A DNA stretch of 64,000 nt from Chiloscyllium plagiosum. Its lineage: Eukaryota. Position 1 is the stretch's first letter; each line of letters begins with the position of its first letter. This document shows positions 1-12,845 of this stretch, one piece after another. Below the pieces are notes generated by a model that was not told the origin of the DNA, did no database searches, and was given only the letters and a program-made list of their open reading frames with translations. Location of the stretch: contig NC_057746.1 of assembly GCF_004010195.1 (NCBI RefSeq), forward strand, positions 2,060,324 to 2,124,323, read 5' to 3'. The position numbers and the translations under genes are program-made.

Positions 1-80
1 TTATGCCCGAAACGTCGATTCTCCTGCTCCTTGGATGCTGCCTGACCTGCTGCGCTTTTCCAGCAACACATTTTCAGCAC
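1..80 (+). mobile_element. Penelope-like terminal repeat fragment (3' half of hammerhead motif)
   Basis: GCCCGAAACGTCGATTCTCCTGCTCCTTGGATGCTGCCTGACC is the same unit seen at ~5240, 30860, 33830, 35460, 45130, 50630, 53035 and 63050; at 5240 it adjoins a Penelope-type endonuclease fragment. Confidence 0.7.
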
Positions 81-1395
81 TGAGAGTATTGCAGATATTA
101 CTACCCTTGAGGACCTCCTTTTTAAATTCCGGCCTGACTCCCTGTATTCTCTCCTCAGAATCTCGTCCTTTTCTCTTCCTATTTTGAGTGTTCCATTAGG
201 AACAACAACCTCCTGCTGGTCCCTATCCCCTTTGGGAATACTCTGCACCCTCTCCAAGATATCTTTGATTCTGGCTCCAGGGAGGCAATTCCGATGTCTC
301 ACTCTTAGCCGCAGAATCATTTATCTGTGCCTCTGACTAGAGACTCCCCTATTACAATAGATTGTTTAGAATCTGGTGGACCCCTTGTTACATTAGAGCC
401 AGTCTCACTATCAGAAACCTGGCTGTCAGTGCTACATTCCTCTGAGAGTCCATCACCCCCCACATTTTCCAAAACAGTATACTTGTTTGAGATGGGGACA
501 GCCACAGGAGACTACTGCAGTACCTGCCTCCTTCTCCGACCTTTCCTGTGTCACGCATCTATCTGTCTGTATCTTCAATTTATTTCCCTCCTTGCAAATG
601 CCATCCAGCACACCTCCTAGCTTCTGTAAATTCCTCATTGCCTCTAACTGCCACTCCAATCATTCCATGCAGACAGGATTCGCAAACAAATAAACTTCCT
701 GCAGACATAATAATTAGTAACAAGGAAACTCTCCCTAATATCCCACATCCAACAAGAAGAGCTCATCACTCTACTAAATGCCATCTTTGCACCTTAACAA
801 TCTGCAGATCTGGAAAATAGCACCGCCTTATTGGTCTAACAACTCCAGGCTAGCTTAGTACCTATGTTTTTATATTTTTAAAGTTTAATCAAGAGACAGA
901 TCTCAATAACAACATATAATTTAAAAAAAAACACTCTACTCATTATTGTAGATTTACAAAATAAAAACAGTAATGTTACACTTTAAAAAGCCACTTAGCT
1001 GCTTTCCTGCTCTGAGCTCCCACACAGGTTTCTCCAAGGTCAGATGTGAATTCGTTGTTTGTTTATTTTTCTTAGAAGGAACTTCATGTCCAGAGATATA
1101 TGAAAACTGACAGCAAAGCCAGGAGCTGTGCAGGTTACTGCTGAGTCAGACAGTAGTGTAGGTTTCTTTTTCTGTCTAAACCTCAGAATCTCATCCTGTC
1201 TGTCTTCATCCTTTCTAAAGTGCTGTTGTTTTGATCTTCCCTCCCAAAGTTCCAAAACAATACAACAGCTTATAAAGCAGTAATCACTGTTCCTAGAGTT
1301 CATGAAAGTCAGCTCCAACACTGAAAATACCTTAAGAAAGGAACAGCTTTTCCAGCCATACTTTTTTCTCCTCCATCTTGGATTACCCAGAATCC
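81..1395 (-). mobile_element. CR1-type LINE 5' part (5' UTR and frameshifted ORF1 with esterase-like domain)
   Basis: Minus-strand peptides MEWQLEAMRNLQ..., AVPISNKYTVLENVGGD and IVIGESLVRGTD match the coiled-coil and SGNH-esterase (VIGDSxVRGTD) motifs of CR1 ORF1. Confidence 0.75.
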
Positions 1396-1489
1396 TTAAG
1401 TGGTTTAAAGGAGGAAAGCAAGACAGAGAAACAGAGAGGTACAGACCTCATATCTAGAAATTGCAGGTGTGACCACCAATTGGAGAACA

Positions 1490-2325
1490 ATATTGATTGA
1501 TTTATTGTCACGTGTGTATACGTACAGTGAAAAGCTCTGTTTCCTAACTGTACAGGCAGATTATAGTCTATTAAGAAAGGATATATAGATCATAGGATGA
1601 AAAAAATCTTGGATAGAGGCATGCATCACACAGGGCAAGATTACTTGAAGTTAGATTAGATTCCCTACAGCATGGGAACATGCCCTTCAGCCTAACAAAT
1701 CCACACCGACACTCTGAAGAGTAAACCACGCAGACCCATTTCCCCACCGACTAATGCACCTAACACTATGGGCAATTTAACCAATTCACCTGAGCTGCAC
1801 ATCTTTGGACTGTGGGAGGAAACCCATACAGAGAGAATGTGGAAACTCTACAGTCACCCAAGGCTGGAATCAAACCTGGGATCCTGTTGCTGTGAGGCAG
1901 TAGTGCTAACCACCGAGCCACCGTGCTGCCATTCATCAGAGTCCATTCATCAGTCTAATAAGCAGGGAAGAAGAAGCTGTTCTTGAATCTACTGGTGCCT
2001 ACGTTCAAGCTTCTGTATATTCTGCCTGATGGAAGAGATTGGAAGAGAGCGTTGCCAGGGTGTGATCGGTCTTTTTGTAGCAACTGGCCATTTGAATGGG
2101 GTCATGGATGGAAGGTTGGCTTCCAAGATGGTCTGGGCTGTGCACATTACTTTCTGTAGTTCTTATGGTCCTGGGCAGAGCAGTTGCCATAAAGATATCC
2201 AGCCGGACAGTACGCTTTCAATTGTGCATCTGTAAAAGTTGATGAGGGACCTTGTGGACATGCCAAATTCCCTGAGCTGTCTGAAGAAGAGGAAGTGTTG
2301 TTATGTCTTCTGGACCATCGTATCT
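1490..2325 (-). mobile_element. Rex1/Babar-like LINE 3' fragment, split by an HE1 SINE
   Basis: Minus-strand MATALPRTIRTTE...HLGSQPSIHDP...HTLATLSSNLF...GRIYRSL resembles the Rex1/Babar ORF2 C-terminus; the uninterrupted junction GAAGTTAGAGAGTCCATTCA occurs at ~43308. Confidence 0.6.
1651..1930 (-). mobile_element. HE1-type tRNA-derived SINE
   Basis: Reverse complement begins GGCAGCACGGTGGCTCGGTGGTTAGCACTACTGCCTCACAGC (A box), has a B-box-like GGTTTGATTCC, and ends in (ATCTA)n; further copies at 38952 and 44636. Confidence 0.85.
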
Positions 2326-2329
2326 CATT

Positions 2330-3180
2330 AATTTGTACACAGCAATTAAGTCACTCCTTTGTCTCCTCTAGCGTCAGGAAAAAAATCCCAGCCAACCCAA
2401 TCTTTCCTCATACATGCAATTTTCAAACCCTTGCAATATTCTTATAAATTTCCTCTGAAGTCTCTCAAGAACAATTATGTATTTCTTGTAATGTGTTGAC
2501 CAGAACTGGGCGCAAAACTCTAACTGTGACTTAACCTGTGTCTTATATAGTTCCAGCATTACATCACTGCTCTCGTTTTCAATACTATTGCCCAATGCTG
2601 GTAAGCATTTTATATGCCTTCTTCACCATCATACTTATCTGTCCAGCCATCTTCAGGCATCTGTGCATATAATCTCCGTACCTCCCATTTGCTCTACCCT
2701 TTTCAATATCCTTTATTTAATGGAAATTCCCTTTCTCTTCAAATGCAGAGCCATGGACTTCCTCAGATTGAATTTTATTGATCACTTTTCCATTCGTTCA
2801 CTCAAACCATTGAAATCACCCCGAAATTTACAGTTTTTCTCATCATTATCAACTACACAGCCAATTTTTGTGTCGTCTGCAAATTTCCCAAATGTGCTTC
2901 TGATTTTCATGTCAAAGTCATTAATATATGACACAAGCAACAAAAGGCGCAAAACTGAGCCCCAAGAAATGTCGCTGAAATCACTTTCTATTCACATAAA
3001 CATCCATTACCCTTTGTTTCCTGTCACTGAGCCAATTTTAGATGGAAAGCACCACACTCAGCTGTATGCTATAGACTTTAATTTTTCTGGTCAGTCGACC
3101 ATGTGGGATCTTGTCAAATGTATTAGTAAAATTCATGTAGAAAGCATCCAATGGATCAATGCTCTTTGTTATTCCTCAAA
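2330..3180 (-). mobile_element. Decayed CR1 LINE RT fragment
   Basis: ORF 2374..2595 LELYKTQVKSQLEFCAQFWS...LERLQRKFIRIL is the CR1 ORF2 C-terminus; KFADDTKIG is encoded at ~2860-2885. Confidence 0.8.
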
Positions 3181-3184
3181 ACAT

Positions 3185-3588
3185 TTAAGGACAAAAGGGT
3201 AACTAGGGAGTGAATAGGGCCCCTCAAAGATCAGCAAGGTGGCCTTTGTGTGGAGCCACAGAAAATGGGGGAGATACTAAATGAATATTTTGCATCAGTA
3301 TTTACTGTGGAAAAGGATATGGAAGATATAGACTGTAGGGAAATAGATGGTGACATCTTGCAAAATGTCCAGATTACACANNNNNNNNNNNNNNNNNNNN
3401 NNNNNNNNNNNNNNNNNNNNNNNNNNTCAGGTGTACCCGAGTACTCTGTGGGAAGCTAGAGAAGTGATTGCTGGGCCTCTTGCTGAGATATTTGTATCAT
3501 CGATAGTCACAGGTGAGGTGCCAGAAGACTGGAGGTTGGCAAACGTGGTGCCATAGTTTAAGAAGGGCGGTAAAGACAAGCCAGAGAA
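3185..3588 (+). mobile_element. Young CR1 LINE ORF2 fragment, interrupted by and ending in N gaps
   Basis: MGEILNEYFASVFT...LWEAREVIAGPLAEIFVSSIVTGEVPEDWRLANVVP; near-identical to the minus-strand copy at 42043-42378. Confidence 0.9.
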
Positions 3589-4149
3589 NNNNNNNNNNNN
3601 NNNNNNNNNNNNNNNNNNNNNNNNNNNNNNNNNNNNNNNNNNNNNNNNNNNNNNNNNNNNNNNNNNNNNNNNNNNNNNNNNNNNNNNNNNNNNNNNNNNN
3701 NNNNNNNNNNNNNNNNNNNNNNNNNNNNNNNNNNNNNNNNNNNNNNNNNNNNNNNNNNNNNNNNNNNNNNNNNNNNNNNNNNNNNNNNNNNNNNNNNNNN
3801 NNNNNNNNNNNNNNNNNNNNNNNNNNNNNNNNNNNNNNNNNNNNNNNNNNNNNNNNNNNNNNNNNNNNNNNNNNNNNNNNNNNNNNNNNNNNNNNNNNNN
3901 NNNNNNNNNNNNNNNNNNNNNNNNNNNNNNNNNNNNNNNNNNNNNNNNNNNNNNNNNNNNNNNNNNNNNNNNNNNNNNNNNNNNNNNNNNNNNNNNNNNN
4001 NNNNNNNNNNNNNNNNNNNNNNNNNNNNNNNNNNNNNNNNNNNNNNNNNNNNNNNNNNNNNNNNNNNNNNNNNNNNNNNNNNNNNNNNCAGTCCAGACCC
4101 TAAAGGATCGGTCTCGGTAAGTTAAGAGAAGCCGAGATACAGGGATAGT

Positions 4150-4262
4150 TAGGATCTAGCTGGGATCTATAAGAAAAAGAGATAAGCAGGATCTGCCGGG
4201 GTCCTATGAGAAAAAGATATATAGGATTGGGTGGGATCCTATAAGAGAAAAGAGAGCAATAA
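4150..4262 (+). repeat. Three imperfect ~36-bp tandem units in the putative ERV leader
   Basis: GGATCTAGCTGGGATCTATAAGAAAAAGAGATAAGCA / GGATCTGCCGGGGTCCTATGAGAAAAAGATATATA / GGATTGGGTGGGATCCTATAAGAGAAAAGAGAGCAATA. Confidence 0.6.
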
Positions 4263-4520
4263 GATTTGGTCGAATTAGCATTGTTTAAATTGGTACTTAA
4301 ATTGCCCTGTGAGATAAGGAAGTATCGCGATACATTATAACAAGATTATTGAGGATAAGAAAGTTGAGAAGGGTCTGTGGAAGTCGGCAGTGTGTGTTGA
4401 CGGGCTGTTAAATAGTAAAGGTTTTGAGTCGCTACTATAAAAGGAAGGTTGTCTAAGATGGGTAATACTATATGTGTGAGAAATTTCCGGAGAAATCTGA
4501 CAGCAGGATACTGGACCAAA

Positions 4521-5310
4521 TTGAAAATCACACAACACCAGGTTATGGTCCAACAGGTTTAATTGGAAGCACTAGCTTTCGGAGCGCCGCTCCTTCATCG
4601 GGTGATTGTGGAGGGCTCGATCGTAACATAGAGTTTATAGCAAAAAATTGCAGTGCGATGTAACTGAAATTATACACTGAAGAATTGATTGTCTGTTAAG
4701 CCTTTCATCTGTTAGAATACAGTGATAGTTTCACTTCTTTCATGTGTAAATCACAAAACCTTTTTTTAAAGTTGCATTCTCGGGTTAGCTGTTAACAATG
4801 GTGATAGCTAGACAATATGTTGAAGGTGTTGCCCCCCTGTGTTCTCTGTCTATGCCATGATGTTTAGATTGATNNNNNNNNNNNNNNNNNNNNNNNNNNN
4901 NNNNNNNNNNNNNNNNNNNNNNNNNNNNNNNNNNNNNNNNNNNNNNNNNNNNNNNNNNNNNNNNNNNNNGAGAGAGTGTGTGTGTAGGAATATCTGTGTG
5001 TGTGTGTGTGTGTGTGTAGTGCAATGGTGATCACCTGTAATGTGACATGAACCCAAAGTCCCGGTTGAGGCCCTCCCTATGGGTACCGAACTTAGCTATC
5101 AGCCTCTGCTCAGCCACTTTCCTCTGCTGCCTGTCCCGAAAGTCCACCTTGGAGGATGGTCACCCGAAGGTCCGAGGCTGAATGTCCTGGACTACTGAAG
5201 TGTTCCCCAACTGGGAGGAACCCTCCTGTCTGTCGGGCCTGAGCCCGAAACGTCAATTCTCCTGCTCCTTGGATGCTGCCTGACCTGCTGCGCTTTTCCA
5301 GTAACACATG
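4521..5310 (-). mobile_element. Penelope-like element fragments (terminal repeat with hammerhead core, endonuclease C-terminus, GT microsatellite, N gap) inside the ERV gag region
   Basis: AAAATCACACAACACCAGGTTAT...CTAGCTTTCGGAGCGCCGCTCCTTCATCGG terminal repeat; minus-strand LPVGEHFSSPGHSASDLRVTILQGGL is typical of the region after the Penelope GIY-YIG domain. Confidence 0.8.
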
Positions 5311-7922
5311 ACTACCCTACTGTCAGTTTCTAACTAATCTGTTTTATCCTTACATAAAAGCCAACATTATTCGATTTCAAATCAGGTTAATACGGAGGAA
5401 GACAATATTCTAAATTATTTTTTGTTTCAGCCTCGTTTGTTTCCACATAATTTTGAGGCTGCTGTGTTTCACTGGTAATTATGATGTGCCAGTTGTAGCT
5501 TTATTTTATATCAATTCCCCTCCCTCAATGACAATTGAAGTTTCAGTTCAACATTATGTTGTGAGAAATCATGTCACAAAACTAACATCCTATTATTAAT
5601 ACATGTGTATTTGGATTCGGCCATTATTCGTGCATTAGACTTTTTTTGTTATCATCTGAGTAGACAAGATCTTTTAGGGCAGCTACAGTCATTTCACGGC
5701 CTATAGCATTGTAAATGAGCAATGACTGGTCAGGACCACTTAAAGAACCTAATCTGGGATTTACATTAAGGAACTAGAACCAGGTAATTATTGTGGATTT
5801 CAAAGTTGGAAACTGTATACATTTTAAATATTGAATACTGAATAAATGAATTTCCAATTTATATTGATGACTTTTAAAATTTTTAGTCACTTGTTCAGTT
5901 TCCACCTCTGAATTACAGATAATGATTATTTTATTTATTATTTTTAATAATCAACTGTATTAGCCCGAATCATAAAATCAAAATTAATTGGCAGAATTGT
6001 TTGGTTTTATTCCTTTACACATTGTCGGTGACCTGTCTCATTGCCTCATGGTTAATTTGAAGCATGGCGAATTAATTCGTTATGGGAATGAGAAGATACC
6101 TTATTGGCCAGTAGAAGGAATTCTGCATGTTAATGGGGATAGAGGTAGCTATTGTAGATGGAACTCCCAAAAGATGGGAGATGACTGTGAATGGGTATAT
6201 GAAAAATAAAAGGGACATGAGATAAAAAAATAATAAAAGGGACATGAGAAACAGTGAAAGGCCACTAAGTTTGAGGAATATAGAAACAGGATTAAAGCAA
6301 CAATGCTGTAAAATAAAGAACTTAGATTCTATTCAGAATCCCGAGCCTATATCTGGCATACTGACCCTTTTTTTGAGGATGAGGATTTTGTTCCTGAATA
6401 CCTGCTGAGTCCCTAACATCTCCTGATTGTCCCCAGCATGCCACCCATTTATTACAAACCTTTCCTTCTTTTGAAAATGAAGCATCTAGCCTTTATAGCC
6501 AATATCATGGGGATGAATGGCCTGTGCCATCCTAAATCGTGTCCCATCCTGGAAATTGGAGTAATGTTAATGAAGCATACCCCTGACCGCAAGCCCAAAC
6601 TGGCCCAATTTGCTCAATATGTCCAAGGATGATACAAATGTAAAATGCAGTGAAATTCTGGGAGCAGCCTGAATACGAACGGCTTGTGTTAAAATACTGA
6701 AAGATGTGGCTATCTGTCTGACGGAAGTTATATACAATTGAACAATAATTAATGAAGCTCAATTACCTTTGTTTAACCCTATACTTTTGCAATATTTACT
6801 GCCTGGAGTCACTGACTTCATCCAGACCAACAATACAAACCAATCCAGGAATTTCCAGTCGCAAAAGAGGTAAGCACTGTTTTTCTATTGGGATGGCCAG
6901 AACCAGACTGAACCATGATGCAAGTTATAGGTAAAACTGATTATATCCAGCACCTTCGTGACCCCAAATACCATACTTCAGCCCTGATAGGGTTGATTGG
7001 AACCAGGATACCCACTGGGGGTGGAACCTACCTCAGGTGCCCACCTGACGACCACTGCTGAGCAACCTTTTCCCGAGGGGATCCTGAAAATGGGGACAGG
7101 CAGACCTTTGAGACTGGGAACAAAACAGCAAAATCCCCCAGAGACAAATAGCTGACCCTTGCTTTAACTTTTGAAATGTGGCCACTGGGGAGTGATGTGT
7201 CTTTAATGTTATCTTGGAACTGATGTGGGGAATCAACATGCTTTTGTCCTAGCAAAAGGAAAATCTACTAATATACACAGACTCTTCATTGTGCTTTTAG
7301 TATGGTGCATGATTTTGGAGTCTTGTGGGAACATTGAAGATTCTTAACCCCCAAGGGGCAGCGTTATAGTAATGCTGTTTTGTCCAATCAATCTGGCAAT
7401 TATCAAGATGTTCGGCTCACGCTGAGGAAACTGATACTGTTTCCAAAGTAGTGGGGAGGTAGATGCAGCTGCCAAGCAGGCAGCCTTACACCCTAAACCT
7501 CTGGTCCTATTGGATCCCCGGCAAAACCCGGTTAGACACAGTATAAGGATGGGTATGCCAGACCTGGGTAAGGTACAGAATTCACAGGGGAAGCCCCTGC
7601 TGAAGAGCACAAGCTATGGCCTCAAATAGGGTACTCCCTTGACACTCAAATCAAAATGTGGGCGACCCCTACTGGACAAGTTTGTGCTCCTTCTTTGCTG
7701 CTGCCTATTTTAATTGATTATGTGTATTTTGTATACACTTGGGCAGGGAGGAAATGGTTTATACTTTATTACAATGGACACTCCGCGATCTCCAATCTTG
7801 TTGGGAAGGACCCTTCCAGGTTCTCCCCACCACCTCTACTGCTGCTAAGATCACCAAGCGTTCCGCCTGGGTTCACCTTCATCATTGCAGGCTCATCAGA
7901 TGAGCCCCTTGCAAGGGGGGAG

Positions 7923-9606
7923 ATGATGAAGATCGAACTTGCCCTGCTGTGTGGACTTGCCATTATCAGCATTGGTGCAAAAGGAGGGACAGTTTACCTG
8001 TGCGATCCTGATCAGCCAGAGACTGTGTACCAACCACGCCGAAAAAAAATCCTTGCCTGCTGAGAAATTGAACGTTACCAAGAATGACTGTTGTAGTGGT
8101 CAACTGCATCAAAAAGATGGAACAGTTCAATTATAGAACAAGTCTAAATGGTCTTTACCCTGTAAAGGTGTTGTGTGCCAGTTTGATTTCAGTTGTGCTA
8201 TGGATGACCCTGGTAAGCTTTGCCCCCATCCAAATTGGTAACTCCGCAAAAGAGAAGATAGGGAAATGTTATCTTTCACTAACAATTTGTTTCTCCAAAG
8301 TCACAATAGAATATTTGGCAGGGATGAAGTGGTCTGTTACGCCCTTACTTCAGCAAAAGACTCTTTGGCCTCTTTTCTCCTCCCAAATCCTAACAAAGGA
8401 GTATAGAACGCTACTAAAGCGTTGACTGGACATATCATTCTTTTGATTATTAACCATCCCCACCTACTAGCTGCTTATGAACTTTCTTCCAATAAGTCCA
8501 GAGTAGCCTATTTGAATTGTCACAATGGTAAAGGATAGAGGTGTACTTAGGTTAATGCGACAAGATTATTCCCTGCGCAATGATTAAATGTGCCAGTCAC
8601 CACTGCTCCCCTGTAGGACCTCGCATCTCATGTGTATGCCTCGGGGAAGAGTGTGACTCTGTTATCGTTAGTATTCAGGCCCTTTGTGGAATGGGTCATA
8701 GCACCCACCTTCATTATGAGACCCCTAATGGCACCCACATCTTCCCAATGATGGGATGGAAGGAACCAATCTGGGACAATAACTGTAATCTTTCCGAAAG
8801 ACCCATCTCTTTCTATTGAACAGCTTTCACCCCAAACACTCAGGACAGCTGTCCATGGACATCCATATGTTCCGGGAAGTCACAAAGACAGGCCCACTTC
8901 TTATTGGGAAGCTCCCTCCATTATCTATAGTAAACCTGGTGCTCTAACTGTAGGAACACTTTTTCCAACTACTGTTCCCTGTCTGATTACTTGGGAATGA
9001 GATTAGGATTTCCCTGTCAAATGTTCAGTCTCACCTGAGTTCTGCACATGTTGGAGGAATGCTAAGGCTTTGGGCAGCACTAAGACTCACTCTATAGGAT
9101 ATGCATTCTTTAGTACCTTTTCCTTAGGAGGGTCTGCAGGCATCATTAGCCATCAAAACCAAAATTATCTCATCTGCTGTCTCAATCTCTTAGGTAATGA
9201 GACAACTGCTGCCTTGGCAGGAATTAAGGACATGCTTTCAGAATTGCACCTATTTTCCCAACAAAACTGATTCGCCCTCAGTTACACACTTGCAAAGGAA
9301 TGTGGAGTTTGCACCATAGTCAAAAGCAAATACATCATGGGGGTCACTGACCTCATCAAGAATATTACCAGGCATGTGGGTAATATCCGCACCTTCGTCA
9401 GCCAAATGACTGAAGGCGCAGGATGGTGAGATTGGGGTTTCAGCTCATGGTACAACTGGCTGATCAATATGGCTATGTATGCTGCTATTGTTTTAGTTGG
9501 TCTTTTTGTTGGCATTGCTATTATTAAGTGTATTATTGCTAAAATATTAACTTCTACTGACAGCATCGGTTCCACCAGAGAAGATGCTTCTTCTCTAATC
9601 AGATGA
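7923..9606 (+). pseudogene. env: Retroviral envelope (env) pseudogene
   Basis: Signal-peptide-like MMKIELALLCGLAIISIGA, then Cys-rich SU fragments. A single frame from 9013 reads PVKC (decayed furin-like site), fusion-peptide-like IGYAFFSTFSLGGSAGI, heptad, ISD-like QQN*FALSYTLAKECGVC, Trp-rich GW*DWGFSSWYNWL and TM MAMYAAIVLVGLFVGIAII; there are in-frame stops and SU frameshifts. Confidence 0.85.
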
Positions 9607-10659
9607 AGGATAGGAGGCGCCATTGCCTGCCCCTGCTTGCTCCCTGGAAGAGGAGGAAATATGGCAGTCTCTAGCGTCCACTTGATTGGACTAATCTAAC
9701 CTATGCCGTCACATCCTATGGTGTGGTGATGGAATGACCTAAGCGAGGAGATGAGCATCTAAAATCTGGACTTAGGCTGTTGTCAGGAGCAACCATTTAA
9801 TGCATGCCTTTACAAACTATAAAATGGCTTTTTAATGCAAGTAACATGAAGTAACGTAACAAAATGGCTTCTGGGGGAAAATCAACAATTTTGTTTATAA
9901 TGGCATCTAACTCTGCTGAAAATTGCATTCCTGAACTACTTGAAAGAGATTAGCAAACAATGCCCTGTTCATAGTATGAATTAACTAAGTAAGACATGAC
10001 ATTATTAAAATATGGATGAAGAATGCCATTCTCACACTAGAAATCTCTGTCAAACATTAACTAGGGGAACTGAGACAGTGATAGGGTTAGTGAGATTTTA
10101 AGTCAGTTATGACAATGACAAATTTAAATCTGCTGCTGATCTGCTGCTTAAAGTCACCTCCATTTCACCGGTCAGTATCTCAAGCTTCAAGAAACCCATG
10201 TTGCTCCAGACGTGTTTGCAGCAACTTGGATTTTAAACAATATCCAATGTGGTATCTAAAATGGCCCCTGACCTCACACCTTTATTTATATATAATGACA
10301 TCAGTGGTCACATAAGTATAGGAAGTCACAGTGAATAAAAGAATATATTCAACATCCCTCTTTATATAAAGGAAAAAAGATAGCTTCCACTATTCTTTGT
10401 AAGCTACTCCACATATGTAGCCCATAATGGAAATTATCATACATTAAATAAAAAAACTTTGATTTTTCTGGTCTATTCCAATTTTGTCTATCAGATATTA
10501 CACAATTTTTAAAGCATTTAGAACGTCTTATGGTATGCACACAAGTTTCTTTGGCAGTTCATCTGGTTCCTGAAGTAACTCTGTCTTTTTGTGGAATGTT
10601 GCTTTTGCTGTGGCCAATGATCTACTGCATTTGTTGGGGAATTGTTTGGCTCTGTCCCT

Positions 10660-11010
10660 TACTCATAGAGTCATTGGGATATATAGCAAGGAAACAGACC
10701 CTTTGGTCCAATTTGTCCATACCAACCAGATATCCTAAATTAATCTAGTCCCATTTGCCAGCACTTGGCCATATCCGTCTAAACCCTTCCTATTCATAGG
10801 CCCATCCAGATGCCTTTTCAATGTTGTAATTGTCCCAGTCTCCACAACTTCATCTGGCAGCCCACTCTATACATGCACCACCCTGTGCCCCTTAGGTCCC
10901 TTTTAAATCTTTTGCCTCTTACCTTAAACCCATGCCCTCTAGTTCTGGACTCCCACACTCCAGGGAAAAAAACCTTGTCTATTTACCCTTTCTATGTCCC
11001 TCATGATACT
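10660..11010 (-). mobile_element. CR1 (HER1-like) LINE 3' end
   Basis: Reverse complement of the CR1 3' terminus seen on the plus strand at 23340-23685. Confidence 0.8.
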
Positions 11011-11039
11011 CAGTTGGTAAAATCAGATCTGCCTGAATA

Positions 11040-11600
11040 GATGCCTGCTGTGAAGGAACAACATCACTGATTTCATGTCTGTGGTCGTGATGATACATCT
11101 AATTGTTCACTTGCACTATGTAAAATTAAGATTCTTCAAATGGTCCCAAGTGAGTTGACTTTTGTTCAATGCATTGAATGCTTGTACTCTGACCAGCTCT
11201 CCAACTCTTCGCTCTGACAATTAGTTGGGAGCTTTATCAAATTGACATTTGGCTTTCTGTTGTTTTACTTTGAACTTGTGACACATTCCTGGTCTATTTC
11301 AGTAGTACTTTAGCTGTTGGGTGTGATATGACTGGACAACTTTCCAAGCAACTAGTTGGCCTTTTTCTCCATTCCAAGACTGCCTTGAACACATCTTGGC
11401 TGGGTTTGAGTTGTTTTTTTAAATGATCCACATGGCAATTTTCACTGCTTTCTCAGTCTTCTCATTCGACAAGAGATAACATTCAGATGATTGCATGCAT
11501 AATGCTGAATTTCCCAATTATTCCTACTTCTTGTGGCTGAAGAAACTATCCCAGAGACACATATCTCGTATAAACAGGAGTTTCCATACATTTTGATTCT
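11040..11600 (-). mobile_element. Gypsy integrase C-terminal remnant, paralogous to ~24950-25400
   Basis: Reverse complement contains TTTGATAAAGCT...AGAGTTGGAGAG...CATTCAATGCATTGAACAAAA, matching 25210-25280. Confidence 0.55.
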
Positions 11601-12619
11601 TTCTTTGGGTGTTGTTTGGTGTTCTAATTAAATGGCCTGTTTAGAATGATTGGCCAATTGGTAGGAGAGCCAGCAGCTGATGGTCAGATTCCATCAGAAA
11701 CCTGGCTTGAGAGACCAAACGCTTTGTCTCCTTTTTGCTCACCATGGTGATCAATCACTGAACATACTTACAAGAGGCTGCTAATGTACTTTTAACAAAA
11801 AAAAGTTTAATGCACACAAAGGAAAAACACAAATTATATTACACTATCAATTACTTGAAATGATCTTAACACGAATATATAAAAAAAATTCAACACCAAC
11901 AGATCTCAGTAAATAGTCATCTCTGTCCCCATAATAAAGCTCCTTATTCAGCTGACACGGCTGTAAGAAATTCTTTTTGGCAAATTTCTGCATTCATTCA
12001 ATGCTATTTTCTTTAGTTAAGGTCTCTTCCTGAGATCCTTCACCAAGCTACTAACACAGCTCACTTACTACCTAACATGTGTTCCTTAAACTCATGTTTT
12101 CAACAGCTTTCTGCTTCTGGCTTTTTATTTTAAGCAACATAGGACTCCTTCCTTCTGCCCTGACTGTTTAGTGACGGCTAAACTAGCCTCACCCATGGTG
12201 TTAAAAACCTGACCTTGCTGACTAAACTGGCTCCTATCTGAATGGACTTTCTTCTGTGACTATCTTCTATCTCCAGGTTGTAGACATCAAGTCAGCAAAC
12301 ACTGGCACAATTAACGTCCGGGGATCTTGCTTGTCATTTTTAAAAAATTGTTTGAATACTTGGAAATGCTTTCACTTTAGCGATTGTTCAAGATGACTTT
12401 CTGACTTCCTAAAAAGGCAGATCTTATCAGAAATGAAAATTATAATTCATTTTTCTGCTTCCTTCAAACCCAAATTTCCAAGTAATAATATATTATGAAC
12501 CTTCATCACACTACTTTCTCTTTCTTTTCTTTCTCCCACTCAGGCGCTGGTCAAAAAGTTCACCATCAAAGACAATAGTCAGAATCACTCTCTTGATCTG
12601 AGAATAGCATAATTTAATT

Positions 12620-12845
12620 TGTGTTAAACTCTGGATGCAAACACAACTGGTTGTTCTTCCTGTTTGGAAGTCACTTCACATGTAGTTTCAGTGGCATCAC
12701 AGGCATCACCATCACACCTCAGCTTTGGTGTTCTCGTCACTTGTTTGATGTGAGTAAAAGATGCCACATCCTTCACAGCTCGCTTGTGTAGAAGTATATG
12801 CCCCCTGATAACACACTGTGGAAGAACTTGGCTACGTAGTTCTAG
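12620..12845 (-). mobile_element. Gypsy RT-end/RNase H remnant directly 3' of the ZNF-A decayed fingers
   Basis: HIKQVTRTPKLRCDGDACDATETTCEVTSKQEEQPVVFASRV resembles the Gypsy RNase H motif CDASxxGLGxxLxQxxxPVAFASR; paralogous to 21860-22130. Confidence 0.7.

Larger units (their letters stand above)
4089..9606 (+). mobile_element. Defective class I (gamma/epsilon-like) endogenous retrovirus with leader, gag, pol remnants and env; LTRs not identified
   Basis: Ordered motifs: matrix-like WPVEG (~6105), PPIY late-domain motif (~6441), MHR-like region (~6600-6660), decayed zinc knuckle (~6875), RNase H (NIxTDS, VHDFGVLW, AIIKCSAH, DAAAKQAA at ~7260-7490), integrase N-terminus (~7656-7750), integrase C-terminus WEGPFQVLPTTSTAAKITKRSAWVHLHHCR (7802-7891), then env. 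Confidence 0.85.

Noticed and set aside
2588-3202. 204-aa plus-strand ORF
   Set aside because: Antisense to a decayed CR1 RT.
3347-4103. Long ORFs containing X runs
   Set aside because: Artefacts of N gaps (3381-3426, 3589-4088; likewise 4874-4969).
9607-10350. Possible 3' LTR of the ERV
   Set aside because: No clear PPT-TG boundary and no second copy to compare, since the 5' end falls in a gap; cannot be supported.
11600-12510. Possible solo LTR interrupting the Gypsy remnant (ends in CATCACA)
   Set aside because: LTR-like texture only; no TSD or partner LTR found.
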